Assembly (NCBI GenBank): GCA_947475165.1
Contig: CANJLD010000006.1
Span: 13,824 to 77,823 of the forward strand
Length of the DNA stretch: 64,000 nt
Source: Bacteroidota bacterium
GTDB taxonomy: Bacteria; Bacteroidota; Bacteroidia; Chitinophagales; LD1
Reading direction: 5' to 3'
Shown piece by piece: positions 45,291-54,733 of the stretch. Made by a program: the position numbers and the translations under genes. A model generated the notes under the pieces. The model searched no databases and was not told the origin of the DNA. It saw only the letters and a program-made list of their open reading frames with translations. How positions within the stretch are numbered: position 1 is the stretch's first letter; every line of letters starts with the position of its first letter.

Positions 45291-46568
45291 AAGTGAAATT
45301 ACCTCTTGCACAAACTGCTTATAGTTTTTGTTTGCATTGAATTTATCGTTCCAGGTAGCAAATGAATTTTTTCTGAGTTCATTTTTTTTATCCGCAGACA
45401 ATTCAAAAAACATTCTGATTTTCTTTTCTACCTCTTGGGCATTTGGATATGGCGATAACAAATATCCGTTGGCGTTGTCTTCAACAATTTCAGCAACTCC
45501 GCCAACATTCGTTCCAATAACCGGCACGCTATAACTCATTGCTTCCATCATAGAAACAGGAATTCCCTCAGTTTCGCTTACATTCAAGAACACATCAAAT
45601 TGTTTTTCATGATACAGGCGGAACAAATCCTCCTTTGCTGTTTTACCTAAAAAGGAAAAAGAAATATTCGGAGAAGCGGAAAGTTTTGACGCAGCATATT
45701 TTTTTAGTTCTTCAAATTCCTTTTCTGATTGGTTGCTGTGCCCTGCATGGCACCATTCTACTTGCACGTCTTTTATTAATGCAAGCGCATCAACAATTAA
45801 ATCAACCCGCTTTATTTTTTGAATATAGGCAACGCTTATAATGCGCAATACTTGAACAGAAGATTGAGGAATACAACTTTCATTCTCACTATTAATACCA
45901 ATTCTACTTAAAGAAATCCGCTCTTCTTCTTTTTTGGATAGTCCATGCCTTTTGATGAAATATTTTCTAGCATCATCTGAAATGAAAAACAAACGATTCA
46001 GTTCATCAAAAATATATTTTCGAAAAGGATGATAGTTCACCGGACTTCTATCAAAGTAAACATCTTGCGAATGCGCCTTGCTGATTATCTTAATGGAGGA
46101 GTTTTCTTTTTTGAGCATTACTGCTGCCATAGTGCTCTCTACCATCCAATAGGTATAAATAAGCAATTTGCCTTTTTCTATTTGTTGCTCTTCTATGACT
46201 TGCTCCAAAAATTTATGAATAGCTAATGCCCGGGAATAAAACGCAAACAATTCTTTAATTGCAGAAAGACTAAATCCAATTTTATGCTTAAAAAATATTT
46301 GAAAGATTTTTTTGTAGAAAATTGAATCCAACAATAAGGAAAGTGATGCTACTCTTAACCCGAAATTTACCACCGGAGTAAACCGATACACAATAACATT
46401 GGATGGAACCGGTCTTTTTTCTTCGCTAAACGTATTGGAAGAAATAACAATGACTTTACTAAATTTTGAAGCCAATAGATTTATTTCTTCATCTAAGTAA
46501 CTATCCGTAAAGTGAAACGGATAGTGAAGTGAGAAAAAAATCATAGTTTCGGCTTCGTTGTTCATCAT
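45285..46568 (-). CDS. GT4-family glycosyltransferase with an extended N-terminal domain (paralog of 47174..48451)
   Basis: 427 aa with C-terminal TEGIPVSMMEAMSYSVPVIGTNVGGVAEIVEDNANGYLL. Its stop codon directly abuts the stop of the convergent upstream gene (TTA|TAG at 45285-45290). Confidence 0.8.
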   Translation of the reverse strand: MMNNEAETMIFFSLHYPFHFTDSYLDEEINLLASKFSKVIVISSNTFSEEKRPVPSNVIVYRFTPVVNFGLRVASLSLLLDSIFYKKIFQIFFKHKIGFSLSAIKELFAFYSRALAIHKFLEQVIEEQQIEKGKLLIYTYWMVESTMAAVMLKKENSSIKIISKAHSQDVYFDRSPVNYHPFRKYIFDELNRLFFISDDARKYFIKRHGLSKKEEERISLSRIGINSENESCIPQSSVQVLRIISVAYIQKIKRVDLIVDALALIKDVQVEWCHAGHSNQSEKEFEELKKYAASKLSASPNISFSFLGKTAKEDLFRLYHEKQFDVFLNVSETEGIPVSMMEAMSYSVPVIGTNVGGVAEIVEDNANGYLLSPYPNAQEVEKKIRMFFELSADKKNELRKNSFATWNDKFNANKNYKQFVQEVISLL

Positions 46569-46583
46569 TTATCCCGTGTAATT

Positions 46584-47162
46584 ATGTGGCCTTTCGATAG
46601 AATCAAAAGTAGAATTTCTTACGAGATACTAAGACGCTTTAAGCCGGAAATAGTAGGCTACGCAACTAAAAAACAAGGTGAAAACAATGCAGACACCCGC
46701 ATTAGTAATATCACTCACATTTCTAATAAAAAAAACATAGCCATTGGAGACAATGTTTTTATAGGACACTTCAATTACATTGATGGCTTTGATAAAGTTT
46801 CTATTGGCAATGGTTGCCAAATTACAAATTATGTAAGCGTGCTTACTCACTCCTCGCACAATAGTATTCGGCTTTATGGCGAAAGTTATATTGAGCATTG
46901 GAGCAAAGACATGAAAGGGCTTTTGAATGCACCGGTTCAAATTGGCGAGTATTGTTTCATAGGCCCACACTCGGTAATTATGCCAGGCACAATTTTAGGC
47001 AAGGGATGCGTGGTTTCTGCTTTTAGTTTTGTTAGTGGAACCTTTGAAGATTTTTCGATTATTCGTGGCATTCCAGCCAAACAAGTTGGTAGCGTAAAAG
47101 AGTCTGATAAAGAATTGATGGAAGAATATCCACGTCTGAAAAATTTATACTTCGATAAATAA
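46584..47162 (+). CDS. Left-handed beta-helix (hexapeptide-repeat) acyl/acetyltransferase
   Basis: 192 aa with hexapeptide repeats (IGDNVFIGHFNYIDG..VSIGNGCQITNYVSV...VQIGEYCFIGPHSVIMPGTILGKGCVVSAFSFV). Confidence 0.85.
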   Translation: MWPFDRIKSRISYEILRRFKPEIVGYATKKQGENNADTRISNITHISNKKNIAIGDNVFIGHFNYIDGFDKVSIGNGCQITNYVSVLTHSSHNSIRLYGESYIEHWSKDMKGLLNAPVQIGEYCFIGPHSVIMPGTILGKGCVVSAFSFVSGTFEDFSIIRGIPAKQVGSVKESDKELMEEYPRLKNLYFDK

Positions 47163-47173
47163 TGAGGCAAGGC

Positions 47174-48451
47174 TTACGTTATGTTCCGAATTAGTTCCCC
47201 ACTGTTCTTATCTGCATTAAATTTCTCATTCCATATTCTACGAGCATTGTTTGCCATAGTAACCTTTGCTTCGCTACTCATACTGTTATAGTCAGAGATT
47301 TTTCGCGCAACATCCGCAGCACTTATTTCGGCCGCAAGTAAAAAACCATTTTCGCCATCTTCTATTATTTCTGGAACTCCGCCCACTTTTGTAGCAATAA
47401 CCGGCACACCAAAACTCAAAGCCTCCATAATAGAAACCGGAATCCCTTCTGTTGTGCTTACGTTAACAAACAGATTCACTTTCTTCTTGCTAAGTATTTC
47501 ATAAACTTCCTGTTGCGATTTTCTTCCAACAAATTCGTAATAAACATTTTTTTTATTGCCCAATAATTCAATAGCAAGATTTTTCACAGCCTCAAACCTT
47601 CCGGTTCCGTAATCATCACCTATATGGAGCCATTCAATTTCAAAATCATCTATAAGTGCCAGCGATTCAATAATTAGTTCAATTCTTTTTAAAGGCTGTA
47701 TCCAAGCATTGCTTAGTAAAACAATTTTTTGAAAAGAAGGCATATTCAACGCATAATTATTAACAACACCAATTCTGTTTAATACTCCCTTATGCTGGTT
47801 TTGTTTTTCAATTTGATGAACACGATTGAAATAATTTTTCCCTTGTTCGGAGACAAAAAAAACCGCATCGCACAAATCATAAACTAATTTTCGGAATGGG
47901 AGATAATTTTCAGGCACGCGGTCAAAATATAAATCCAAACTGTGCATCCGCGTATATACTTTTACAGGATAATTTTTCTTTAAAAGGGTAGATGCCAACG
48001 AATTTTCAAAAGTCCAGTAGTTGTAAATAACTACATCTGTTTCTTTAAAGTCTATAGTCGAAAATTGACTTTCGAGATAGCTCTTGTATTTATCTGCTTT
48101 AACTAAAAACAGCAATACCGCTTTGATAATTGAAAAATTGATTTTACCTGAATAGTGTTTTTTAAATTTTTCTAATTCATTCCAGAACAATGCAGATAAG
48201 AAAAACCTTGCACAAAAAAATTTATCGAATAAAGTTACCGGAGCCGAAAAATTTGCAACCGAAACATTGGATGAAACAACAGAATGTCCATCTTGCTCGC
48301 GTCCCATTGCAATTATCTGCACCGCATCAAATTTTTTTGAAATTTTTTCTACTTCACTGTAGATATAACTATCGTACGAAACACCTTGATGTGTATAGGG
48401 ATAGAAGAGTGTAAAAAAGAAACATTTGTTTTTTCTTCTAAATTCGTTCAT
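47174..48451 (-). CDS. GT4-family glycosyltransferase with an extended N-terminal domain (paralog of 45285..46568)
   Basis: 425 aa with C-terminal TEGIPVSIMEALSFGVPVIATKVGGVPEIIEDGENGFLL. The N-terminus FFTLFYPYTHQGVSYDSYIYSEVEKISKKF parallels FFSLHYPFHFTDSYLDEEINLLASKF of its paralog. Confidence 0.8.
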   Translation of the reverse strand: MNEFRRKNKCFFFTLFYPYTHQGVSYDSYIYSEVEKISKKFDAVQIIAMGREQDGHSVVSSNVSVANFSAPVTLFDKFFCARFFLSALFWNELEKFKKHYSGKINFSIIKAVLLFLVKADKYKSYLESQFSTIDFKETDVVIYNYWTFENSLASTLLKKNYPVKVYTRMHSLDLYFDRVPENYLPFRKLVYDLCDAVFFVSEQGKNYFNRVHQIEKQNQHKGVLNRIGVVNNYALNMPSFQKIVLLSNAWIQPLKRIELIIESLALIDDFEIEWLHIGDDYGTGRFEAVKNLAIELLGNKKNVYYEFVGRKSQQEVYEILSKKKVNLFVNVSTTEGIPVSIMEALSFGVPVIATKVGGVPEIIEDGENGFLLAAEISAADVARKISDYNSMSSEAKVTMANNARRIWNEKFNADKNSGELIRNIT

Positions 48452-49268
48452 GGCTCAACCCGCTATGCAGTTTATGTTTTTTCGAAAGGTATACAATAAA
48501 TTATTTTACTTCTTCGCCAACAATATTCTGCTTAACCGCTTATTGGTTTTTTTCAAGATTGACTATTTAGCTAAAACTTATTTGCGGCATAACGATTGGG
48601 CAGCACGAAAATATCAAGAAGATAAAACTTTGCAGGAAAATGTTGGGTGCTCGCATGTGCTATACATTCAAAACTTAGTAGATGACACGCACCTTACGTT
48701 CAAGCGGTTCGTAAACGAAAACTTAAAATCAGGAAGTTCTGTTCTGGATATTGGTTGCGGCACGGGTCTATTTTTGAAAGATTTAGAAGATAAAAAATTA
48801 GAGCTGCATGGGATAGATTTGAATGCCACGTTTTTAGAAAAAGCGAAGCAACTTGTGCCGAAAGCCACTTATTACCAAGGCAGTTTTCTTGATAAGTTTG
48901 AAAGGGATAAAAAATTCGATTTACTCTCTTGTTTCAGCGTAATGATGTACATAGAGCCTTCGCGCATTGAAGAGTTTTTCGATAAAATGTATACCCTCTT
49001 AAATAAAGACGGATTTGTTTTTATCCAATACATCCATGCGCTTTCTTACCGCGATTTACTTTACCCCGATATTACTTACACCAAATACTCTCCCGAACGA
49101 ATTGACAAAATTGTGTCAAAAAAATTTTCAGTAGTTAAACACGAGCATTTTTACTATAGCCATAAAGCGGGTAAGTACGATTTAAAGCGTTATTACTTTC
49201 CCGATGGCCATCAAAATCGTCTCGATTCTATTGAAAACAGTTACCTGCTTATTTTGCAGAAAAAATAA
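48450..49268 (+). CDS. Class I SAM-dependent methyltransferase
   Basis: Motif I is SSVLDIGCGTGLFLKDL, with a post-I acidic residue (LHGIDLN) and FDLLSCFSVMMYI. I place the start at ATG 48450, or at a later Met at 48465. The ORF-track start at 48426 overlaps the divergent gene. Confidence 0.8.
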   Translation: MAQPAMQFMFFRKVYNKLFYFFANNILLNRLLVFFKIDYLAKTYLRHNDWAARKYQEDKTLQENVGCSHVLYIQNLVDDTHLTFKRFVNENLKSGSSVLDIGCGTGLFLKDLEDKKLELHGIDLNATFLEKAKQLVPKATYYQGSFLDKFERDKKFDLLSCFSVMMYIEPSRIEEFFDKMYTLLNKDGFVFIQYIHALSYRDLLYPDITYTKYSPERIDKIVSKKFSVVKHEHFYYSHKAGKYDLKRYYFPDGHQNRLDSIENSYLLILQKK

Positions 49269-49306
49269 AATAAGTATCTCTTTAAAGACTGTAATAATTT
49301 GCCAGC

Positions 49307-50290
49307 ATGAGATGGATTGAGTTTAAAGATGTGCCTGATTTAGAGTTAAGATATCCTTTGTTTTTTCAAGAGAGTTTTGCTCACTATGAATCAACCAAAG
49401 GGTGGACTCTAAAACTTTTTACCGATGGCAAGGCTTATCTTCCCGTAAAAACAAAAGCCGGGAAATTTATTACACAAGCACAGTATTTATTTCCTCCTGT
49501 AAGTAAAGGCCACCGATTAAACGAAGAAGCCGAAAAGACATTCCTCGAAAATTTCACCTCGTTTTGTAAAAAAGAAAGCGTTTGCGATTTCATTATTCCG
49601 CCAATGCACTATTCGCTTTTTAATGCAGTTCCAAATAACAGCTATTATACAGACCTTGGAATAATTGTAGTTGATTTACAAAAAAACGAAGAAGAGTTAT
49701 TCAAAGCATTCAACAGCAACTACCGCAATGAAATACGAAAAGCACAGGTGGAAAATTTGGAAGTAAGGTTTGACAACTCTCAATTCACACCGTTCTATTC
49801 TCTTTACAAAAGCACCCATCAAAGGCAAGGAATTTATTTCGACCCAGAAATAGAACTCAAAAATCTTGTTGAAACTTTAGGAGAAAGGAATTGCAGAATT
49901 GCAGTCGTAAAAAAGGAAGAAGAAATTTACGGAGCCTCGCTTGTTTTGTTTAATCCTGATGAAGCGTATTATTTTCAGTCGGGCGCAATGGACGATTGCC
50001 CGCATCCCGGAGCGAATAAATTATTGCAATTTGAAATTATGAAGTGGCTGAAACAAAAGGGAGTAAAAAAATATATAATGGGTGGCTACCGGTTAGGCGA
50101 TGTAGGTGAAACAAAATACGATGGCATACAAAAATTTAAGCTGCGCTTTGGAGCAGAAGTAGAAAAAGGATTCCATTTCTATACTGAAATAACGTGGCGT
50201 TACCGCGTTTACAAAAATGTTTTGAAGTGGTATCTTAAATTGCGCGGCATAAAGCAAAATATAACAGGGCTGAATTACAGATACAAATAG
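49307..50290 (+). CDS. FemAB-family / GNAT-fold (Acetyltransf_6-like) protein; candidate aminoacyl-transferase (VimA-like)
   Basis: 327 aa. The C-terminal half FYSLYKSTHQRQGIYFDPE...IYGASLVLFNPDEAYYFQSGAMDD..HPGANKLLQFEIMKWLKQKGVKKYIMGGY follows the FemAB/FemX pattern. Confidence 0.65.
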   Translation: MRWIEFKDVPDLELRYPLFFQESFAHYESTKGWTLKLFTDGKAYLPVKTKAGKFITQAQYLFPPVSKGHRLNEEAEKTFLENFTSFCKKESVCDFIIPPMHYSLFNAVPNNSYYTDLGIIVVDLQKNEEELFKAFNSNYRNEIRKAQVENLEVRFDNSQFTPFYSLYKSTHQRQGIYFDPEIELKNLVETLGERNCRIAVVKKEEEIYGASLVLFNPDEAYYFQSGAMDDCPHPGANKLLQFEIMKWLKQKGVKKYIMGGYRLGDVGETKYDGIQKFKLRFGAEVEKGFHFYTEITWRYRVYKNVLKWYLKLRGIKQNITGLNYRYK

Positions 50291-50291
50291 A

Positions 50292-51329
50292 ATGGCAGAG
50301 CAGAAAAAAATATTAATCACTTTTGATTGTGAGCTGTTCCTCGGAAAACGAAGCGGCTCTGTTCCCAATTGCATGTTATTGCCAACTACAAAAATTTTAT
50401 GGCTTTTAAAAAAGCATAAAATAACTGCCATATTCTTTGTAGACATGCTTTACCTTTGCAGATTAAAAGAAGAGGCAGAAAAGCATACACAGGCAAAGGG
50501 CGATTTTGAGAATATACAAACGCAAATAATTGAAATGGCGGAGCAAGGTCATTATGTTTTCAATCATCTTCATCCGCATTGGTTAGATGCTGTGTATGAT
50601 GAAGCAAATAATGAATGGCTGCTTACCGATGCCTCGAGATACGCTTTCGAATCACTAAGCGAAATCGAGCGCGAAAATGTTTTTGAAAGAACCATGAATT
50701 TGCTGAACGAAATTTTGAGCAAAGCCTTAAAGATGTTTACACCTGATGGTTACCGTGCCGGTGGGCTTTATATTCAGCCGTTTTCCTCGTTCAAAAAATA
50801 CTTATTAAAACACGGAATCAAAAACGATTTCAGTGTTTTAATAAATGCTATTGGAGAATCGGATAGCTGTGAGGGTAATTTTAACTTTTCAGGAATAGAG
50901 AAAAATATTTACTCGTTCAGTAATGAAGTTGCAGTTGAGGATAAAAGCGGAGTGTTTACAGAATACGCTATGCGGTTTGTTGAAATTCCGATTGTCTACC
51001 GTTTGTTAAACAGCACGTTTTATCGTTTGTTTTCTAAAAACAAAAATCATCAGCGGCATGGTGATGGCATTTCTACTTCCAACAAAATCTATTCGTCAAC
51101 CAACAAACGCTTCACTTCTACCGAAACCTTTGCCGTTGAAATGTTGAATGAGATAAAATTGCCTTTGTATTTAAAAGAAGCCGAACAGAATAATTATTTG
51201 CATTTGCTTTCACACCCAAAACTTGTTTCCGATTATAACTTACAGATATTTGATAAGTTACTTGGCAAACTGACAACACTGAAAAATGTTGAATTCGATT
51301 TCAAAAAATTTGATTCGGAGCAAGCATGA
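50292..51329 (+). CDS. Divergent polysaccharide-deacetylase-like (CE4/NodB-related) protein
   Basis: 345 aa. ILITFDCE stands in place of the TFDD motif and NHLHPHW in place of the H-x-x-x-H motif. There is a 1-nt gap from the FemAB-like gene. The assignment is tentative. Confidence 0.5.
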   Translation: MAEQKKILITFDCELFLGKRSGSVPNCMLLPTTKILWLLKKHKITAIFFVDMLYLCRLKEEAEKHTQAKGDFENIQTQIIEMAEQGHYVFNHLHPHWLDAVYDEANNEWLLTDASRYAFESLSEIERENVFERTMNLLNEILSKALKMFTPDGYRAGGLYIQPFSSFKKYLLKHGIKNDFSVLINAIGESDSCEGNFNFSGIEKNIYSFSNEVAVEDKSGVFTEYAMRFVEIPIVYRLLNSTFYRLFSKNKNHQRHGDGISTSNKIYSSTNKRFTSTETFAVEMLNEIKLPLYLKEAEQNNYLHLLSHPKLVSDYNLQIFDKLLGKLTTLKNVEFDFKKFDSEQA

Positions 51330-52615
51330 AAAAAGTGTTGATTCTATCTTACTTCTTCCCTCCTTGCAATTTAACAGCAGCGCAACGTTCGCAATCCTGG
51401 GCTAATTATCTTTCCACCTACGGGTATAAACCAATAGTAATTACGAGAAGATGGGACGAAAAAATTTCTCACTTAAGCGATGTTTCAAAGTCAACTCCCA
51501 ACGAAATAAAACATGAAGTATTTGAAAACTATGAAGTGTTTTATCTTCCCTACCAATCAAACCTGCGCGATAAAATTTATGTGAAGTACAAAGAGAGTCG
51601 GTTCAATTATATTCGACAAATGCTGACGTTTTTCGAATTACTGTTTCAACCGTTTTTCGATTTCGTAATTCCGTATAACAACTTCGGAGAATTTGCTTTG
51701 AATTATGTGAAGCAAAATTCAGACGTCAAAAAAATGGTGGTAACAGGCAACCCGTTTAATCTCTTCAAGTTTGCGTTTACGCTCAATAAAGCAACCGGAA
51801 TCAAATGGATTGCCGATTACCGCGATGCCTGGACCACCAGCGAAATCAATCTCATCAATAAAGGGCAGCTGCACAAATTCATGAATTATTTAGAAACATA
51901 TTTTGAAAAAAAATGGGTGGGCGCAGCTTCGTTTGTTACTGCAAGTTCGCAGCCAATAGCAAATCATGTTGGCGCATTGGTAAATAAAGAAGGACACGCA
52001 CTTTATAATGGCTTTGTAGCGGAAGATTTTGATGAAATTAAACCCGCAGGCAAGTTCAACGAGTTTACAATTACTTATGTAGGCACTTTATACGATGGAC
52101 AAAAGGTGGAAATTTTCTGTGAGGCATTTAAAAAACTGATTGATGAAAATCCTACTGTTTCGGTCAAACTTATTTTCCCGGGTTTAAGTTTTTACAAAGC
52201 ACAGCAACAACGAATTGAAAGCGTGATGAAGGGCTACGAAAAGTATCACGAATGCACCGAGCGAATGGAGCGCAATAAAATTCTGGCAATAGAGAAACAG
52301 TCGCACATATTATTGCATGTAGCTTGGGATGAACACAACGGCATTATTGCCAGCAAGATTTATGAATACATTGCCAGCGGAACTTTTATTTTAGTTACGC
52401 CTACCGATAGCGGAGCGGTTGAGGAAATTGTAGAAAAAAGCCAGTGTGGCATTTGCACAAAAACGGTGGATGAAACTTTTACGTTTCTGAAACAGGAATA
52501 CCAAAATTATTTGAAAGGAAGTTTTAGAACCAATGATGTAAACAACGAAAAGGCATTGCAGTTTTCAAGACAAAAACAGGCAGGCAGATTAGCGGAACTG
52601 TTAGATAAATTATAA
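51326..52615 (+). CDS. GT-B fold glycosyltransferase (GT4-like)
   Basis: 429 aa. The N-terminal KVLILSYFFPPCNLTAAQRSQSWANYLSTYGYKPIVITR and the C-terminal IIASKIYEYIASGTFILVTPTDSGAVEEIVEKSQCG (EX7E-like) are present. The start overlaps the upstream stop by 4 nt (ATGA). Confidence 0.7.
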   Translation: MKKVLILSYFFPPCNLTAAQRSQSWANYLSTYGYKPIVITRRWDEKISHLSDVSKSTPNEIKHEVFENYEVFYLPYQSNLRDKIYVKYKESRFNYIRQMLTFFELLFQPFFDFVIPYNNFGEFALNYVKQNSDVKKMVVTGNPFNLFKFAFTLNKATGIKWIADYRDAWTTSEINLINKGQLHKFMNYLETYFEKKWVGAASFVTASSQPIANHVGALVNKEGHALYNGFVAEDFDEIKPAGKFNEFTITYVGTLYDGQKVEIFCEAFKKLIDENPTVSVKLIFPGLSFYKAQQQRIESVMKGYEKYHECTERMERNKILAIEKQSHILLHVAWDEHNGIIASKIYEYIASGTFILVTPTDSGAVEEIVEKSQCGICTKTVDETFTFLKQEYQNYLKGSFRTNDVNNEKALQFSRQKQAGRLAELLDKL

Positions 52616-52624
52616 TTACGCGGC

Positions 52625-53719
52625 ATGAAAAAAGTATTGGTGTGTGTAGGTACTCGCCCAAACCTTATTAAAATAACTCAACTTGAAAGATGTTTTCGTA
52701 GCTATCCGGATATTGAATACAAATTGTTGCATACCGGTCAGCATTACGATTACAACATGAACGATATTTTCTTTCAGCAGTTGGGCGTAAAAGCACCGGA
52801 TGTATTTTTAAATATTAATCAGGGAAGTCAGATTGAAGTAATTTCTCAAATCATGAAAAAATTTGAAGAATTCATTCTCGATTACAAGCCAAACCTAGTA
52901 CTGGTGCCGGGCGATGTAAATTCTTCTTTTGCCTGTGCTTTTGTTGCTTCGCGTTACAACATTCCTGTAGCGCATATTGAAAGCGGCTTGCGGAGTTTTG
53001 ATAAGACCATGCCCGAAGAAGTAAACCGAATTTTGATTGATGATGTGGCTGAATTGTTTTTCGTGACCGAACCAAGTGGTGAAGAAAATCTGCTGAAAGA
53101 AAATAAGATCGCAAGTAAAATTCATTATGTAGGCAACAGCATGATTGATTCGTTGGTAGCGTTTATGCCGCTTATAGATAAATCTGAAATTAGAAAAAAT
53201 ATAACTGCGGATGACTACTATCTGGTTACATTTCACCGCCCTGCAAATGTTGATGATTCGAAAAATCTGAAAATTGTTGCCGAGATTCTCACTCAAATTT
53301 CAAAAAAGAGAAAAGTAGTTTTTCCAATTCATCCAAGAACAAGAAAGCGATTTCATGAATTTGGATTTGAAAATGTTATTGAGAATGAAAACATAATTAT
53401 TACAGAGCCGCTCGGTTACCTTGATTTTATTTCGCTGGTCAAAAACGCAAGAGCGGTTATTACAGATTCAGGCGGTGTGCAAGAAGAAACTACTTTTTTA
53501 AGTGTGCCTTGTGTTACACTTCGTCAAAGCACAGAACGACCTATTACCGTTACAGAAGGAACAAATACGATGTGCGAATTAGAAGTAGAAACGCTTTTAG
53601 AAATTCTGAACTCGATTGATAAAGGAGCTTACAAGAAAGGAGCTATTCCAAAGTTTTGGGATGGAAAAACCTCTGAAAGAATTGCCAAAGAAGTGAATGA
53701 GTTTTTGACAAATCATTAA
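52625..53719 (+). CDS. wecB: Non-hydrolysing UDP-N-acetylhexosamine 2-epimerase (WecB/WbpI family)
   Basis: 364 aa with KVLVCVGTRPNLIKITQL, HTGQHYDYNMNDIFFQQLGV, GDVNSSFACAFVA, HIESGLRSFD..MPEEVNR and TDSGGVQEETTFLSVPCVTLR. Confidence 0.9.
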   Translation: MKKVLVCVGTRPNLIKITQLERCFRSYPDIEYKLLHTGQHYDYNMNDIFFQQLGVKAPDVFLNINQGSQIEVISQIMKKFEEFILDYKPNLVLVPGDVNSSFACAFVASRYNIPVAHIESGLRSFDKTMPEEVNRILIDDVAELFFVTEPSGEENLLKENKIASKIHYVGNSMIDSLVAFMPLIDKSEIRKNITADDYYLVTFHRPANVDDSKNLKIVAEILTQISKKRKVVFPIHPRTRKRFHEFGFENVIENENIIITEPLGYLDFISLVKNARAVITDSGGVQEETTFLSVPCVTLRQSTERPITVTEGTNTMCELEVETLLEILNSIDKGAYKKGAIPKFWDGKTSERIAKEVNEFLTNH

Positions 53720-53728
53720 AACATTGCA

Positions 53729-54694
53729 ATGAAAAACTTTGCGCTCATAGGTGCATCAGGCTACATAGCACCGCGACATTTAAAAGCAATTAAAGAAACT
53801 GGCAACAATTTACTGGCTGCTTACGACCCGTTTGATAGTGTTGGCGTAATGGATAACTACTTCCCTAATGCTGATTTTTTTGTAGAGTTCGAACGCTTTG
53901 ACCGACACATTGACAAACTGAAGCGCAAAAGCATTCCTGTTGATTATGTTTCTATTTGTTCTCCAAACTATCTCCACGACTCGCACATTCGTTTTGGTTT
54001 GCGCAATGGAGCGAATGTGATTTGCGAAAAGCCTTTGGTGCTTAATCCGTGGAATGCACAAAGTTTAATTGACCTTGAAAAAGAAACCGGCAAGCACATC
54101 AACAATATCTTGCAGCTGCGTTTGCATCCAAATATTATTGCGCTCAAGAAAAAAGTAGAAGAAAGCCCGAAGGATAAAATTTTTGAATTCGATTTAACTT
54201 ACATCACCTCGCGCGGAAATTGGTATTACACCAGTTGGAAAGGAGATGTTTCAAAATCGGGTGGTATTGCAACTAACATAGGCATTCACTTTTTTGATAT
54301 GCTTACGTGGATTTTTGGCGAAACAAAAAAGAATGTAGTGCATGTGCATACGCACGACCGTGCTGCCGGTTATTTGGAATTCACAAAAGCAAAAGTGCGT
54401 TGGTTCTTAAGCATCAATGCAGATACATTGCCTGAAAGCGCGAAGCAAAAAAATATGCGCACCTATCGTTCAATGAATTTAGAGGGACAGGAAATTGAAT
54501 TCAGTGATGGCTTTACCGATTTGCACACCAACAGCTATAGCGAGATTATTAAAGGCAATGGATTTACAGTGAAAGATGCCATGCCAAGCATTGAAATAGC
54601 TTACACTATTCGCAAAGAAACTCCGATTGGACTGAAAGGCGATTATCATCCGTTTGCAAAAGTAGATGGAGGCAATCATCCTTTTCATCTTTAA
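53729..54694 (+). CDS. wbpB: Gfo/Idh/MocA oxidoreductase, WbpB-like UDP-2-acetamido-2-deoxy-glucuronate 3-dehydrogenase
   Basis: 321 aa. MKNFALIGASGYIAPRHLKAIKETGNNLLAAYD...YVSICSPNYLHDSHI...VICEKPLV...DLTYITSRGNWYYTSWKGD...GIATNIGIHFFDML...AGYLEF..AKVRWFLS is near-collinear with P. aeruginosa WbpB as I remember it. Confidence 0.75.
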   Translation: MKNFALIGASGYIAPRHLKAIKETGNNLLAAYDPFDSVGVMDNYFPNADFFVEFERFDRHIDKLKRKSIPVDYVSICSPNYLHDSHIRFGLRNGANVICEKPLVLNPWNAQSLIDLEKETGKHINNILQLRLHPNIIALKKKVEESPKDKIFEFDLTYITSRGNWYYTSWKGDVSKSGGIATNIGIHFFDMLTWIFGETKKNVVHVHTHDRAAGYLEFTKAKVRWFLSINADTLPESAKQKNMRTYRSMNLEGQEIEFSDGFTDLHTNSYSEIIKGNGFTVKDAMPSIEIAYTIRKETPIGLKGDYHPFAKVDGGNHPFHL

Positions 54695-54733
54695 TTTTCA
54701 TTCCGCGTTCTACATTCAAAATTCTGAATTACT

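Noticed and set aside
48426-48449. ORF-track start at 48426 for the second methyltransferase.
   Set aside because: It would overlap the divergent GT4 gene's first codons by 26 nt. ATG 48450 (or 48465) gives a complete methyltransferase and is preferred, although the spacing remains unusually tight.
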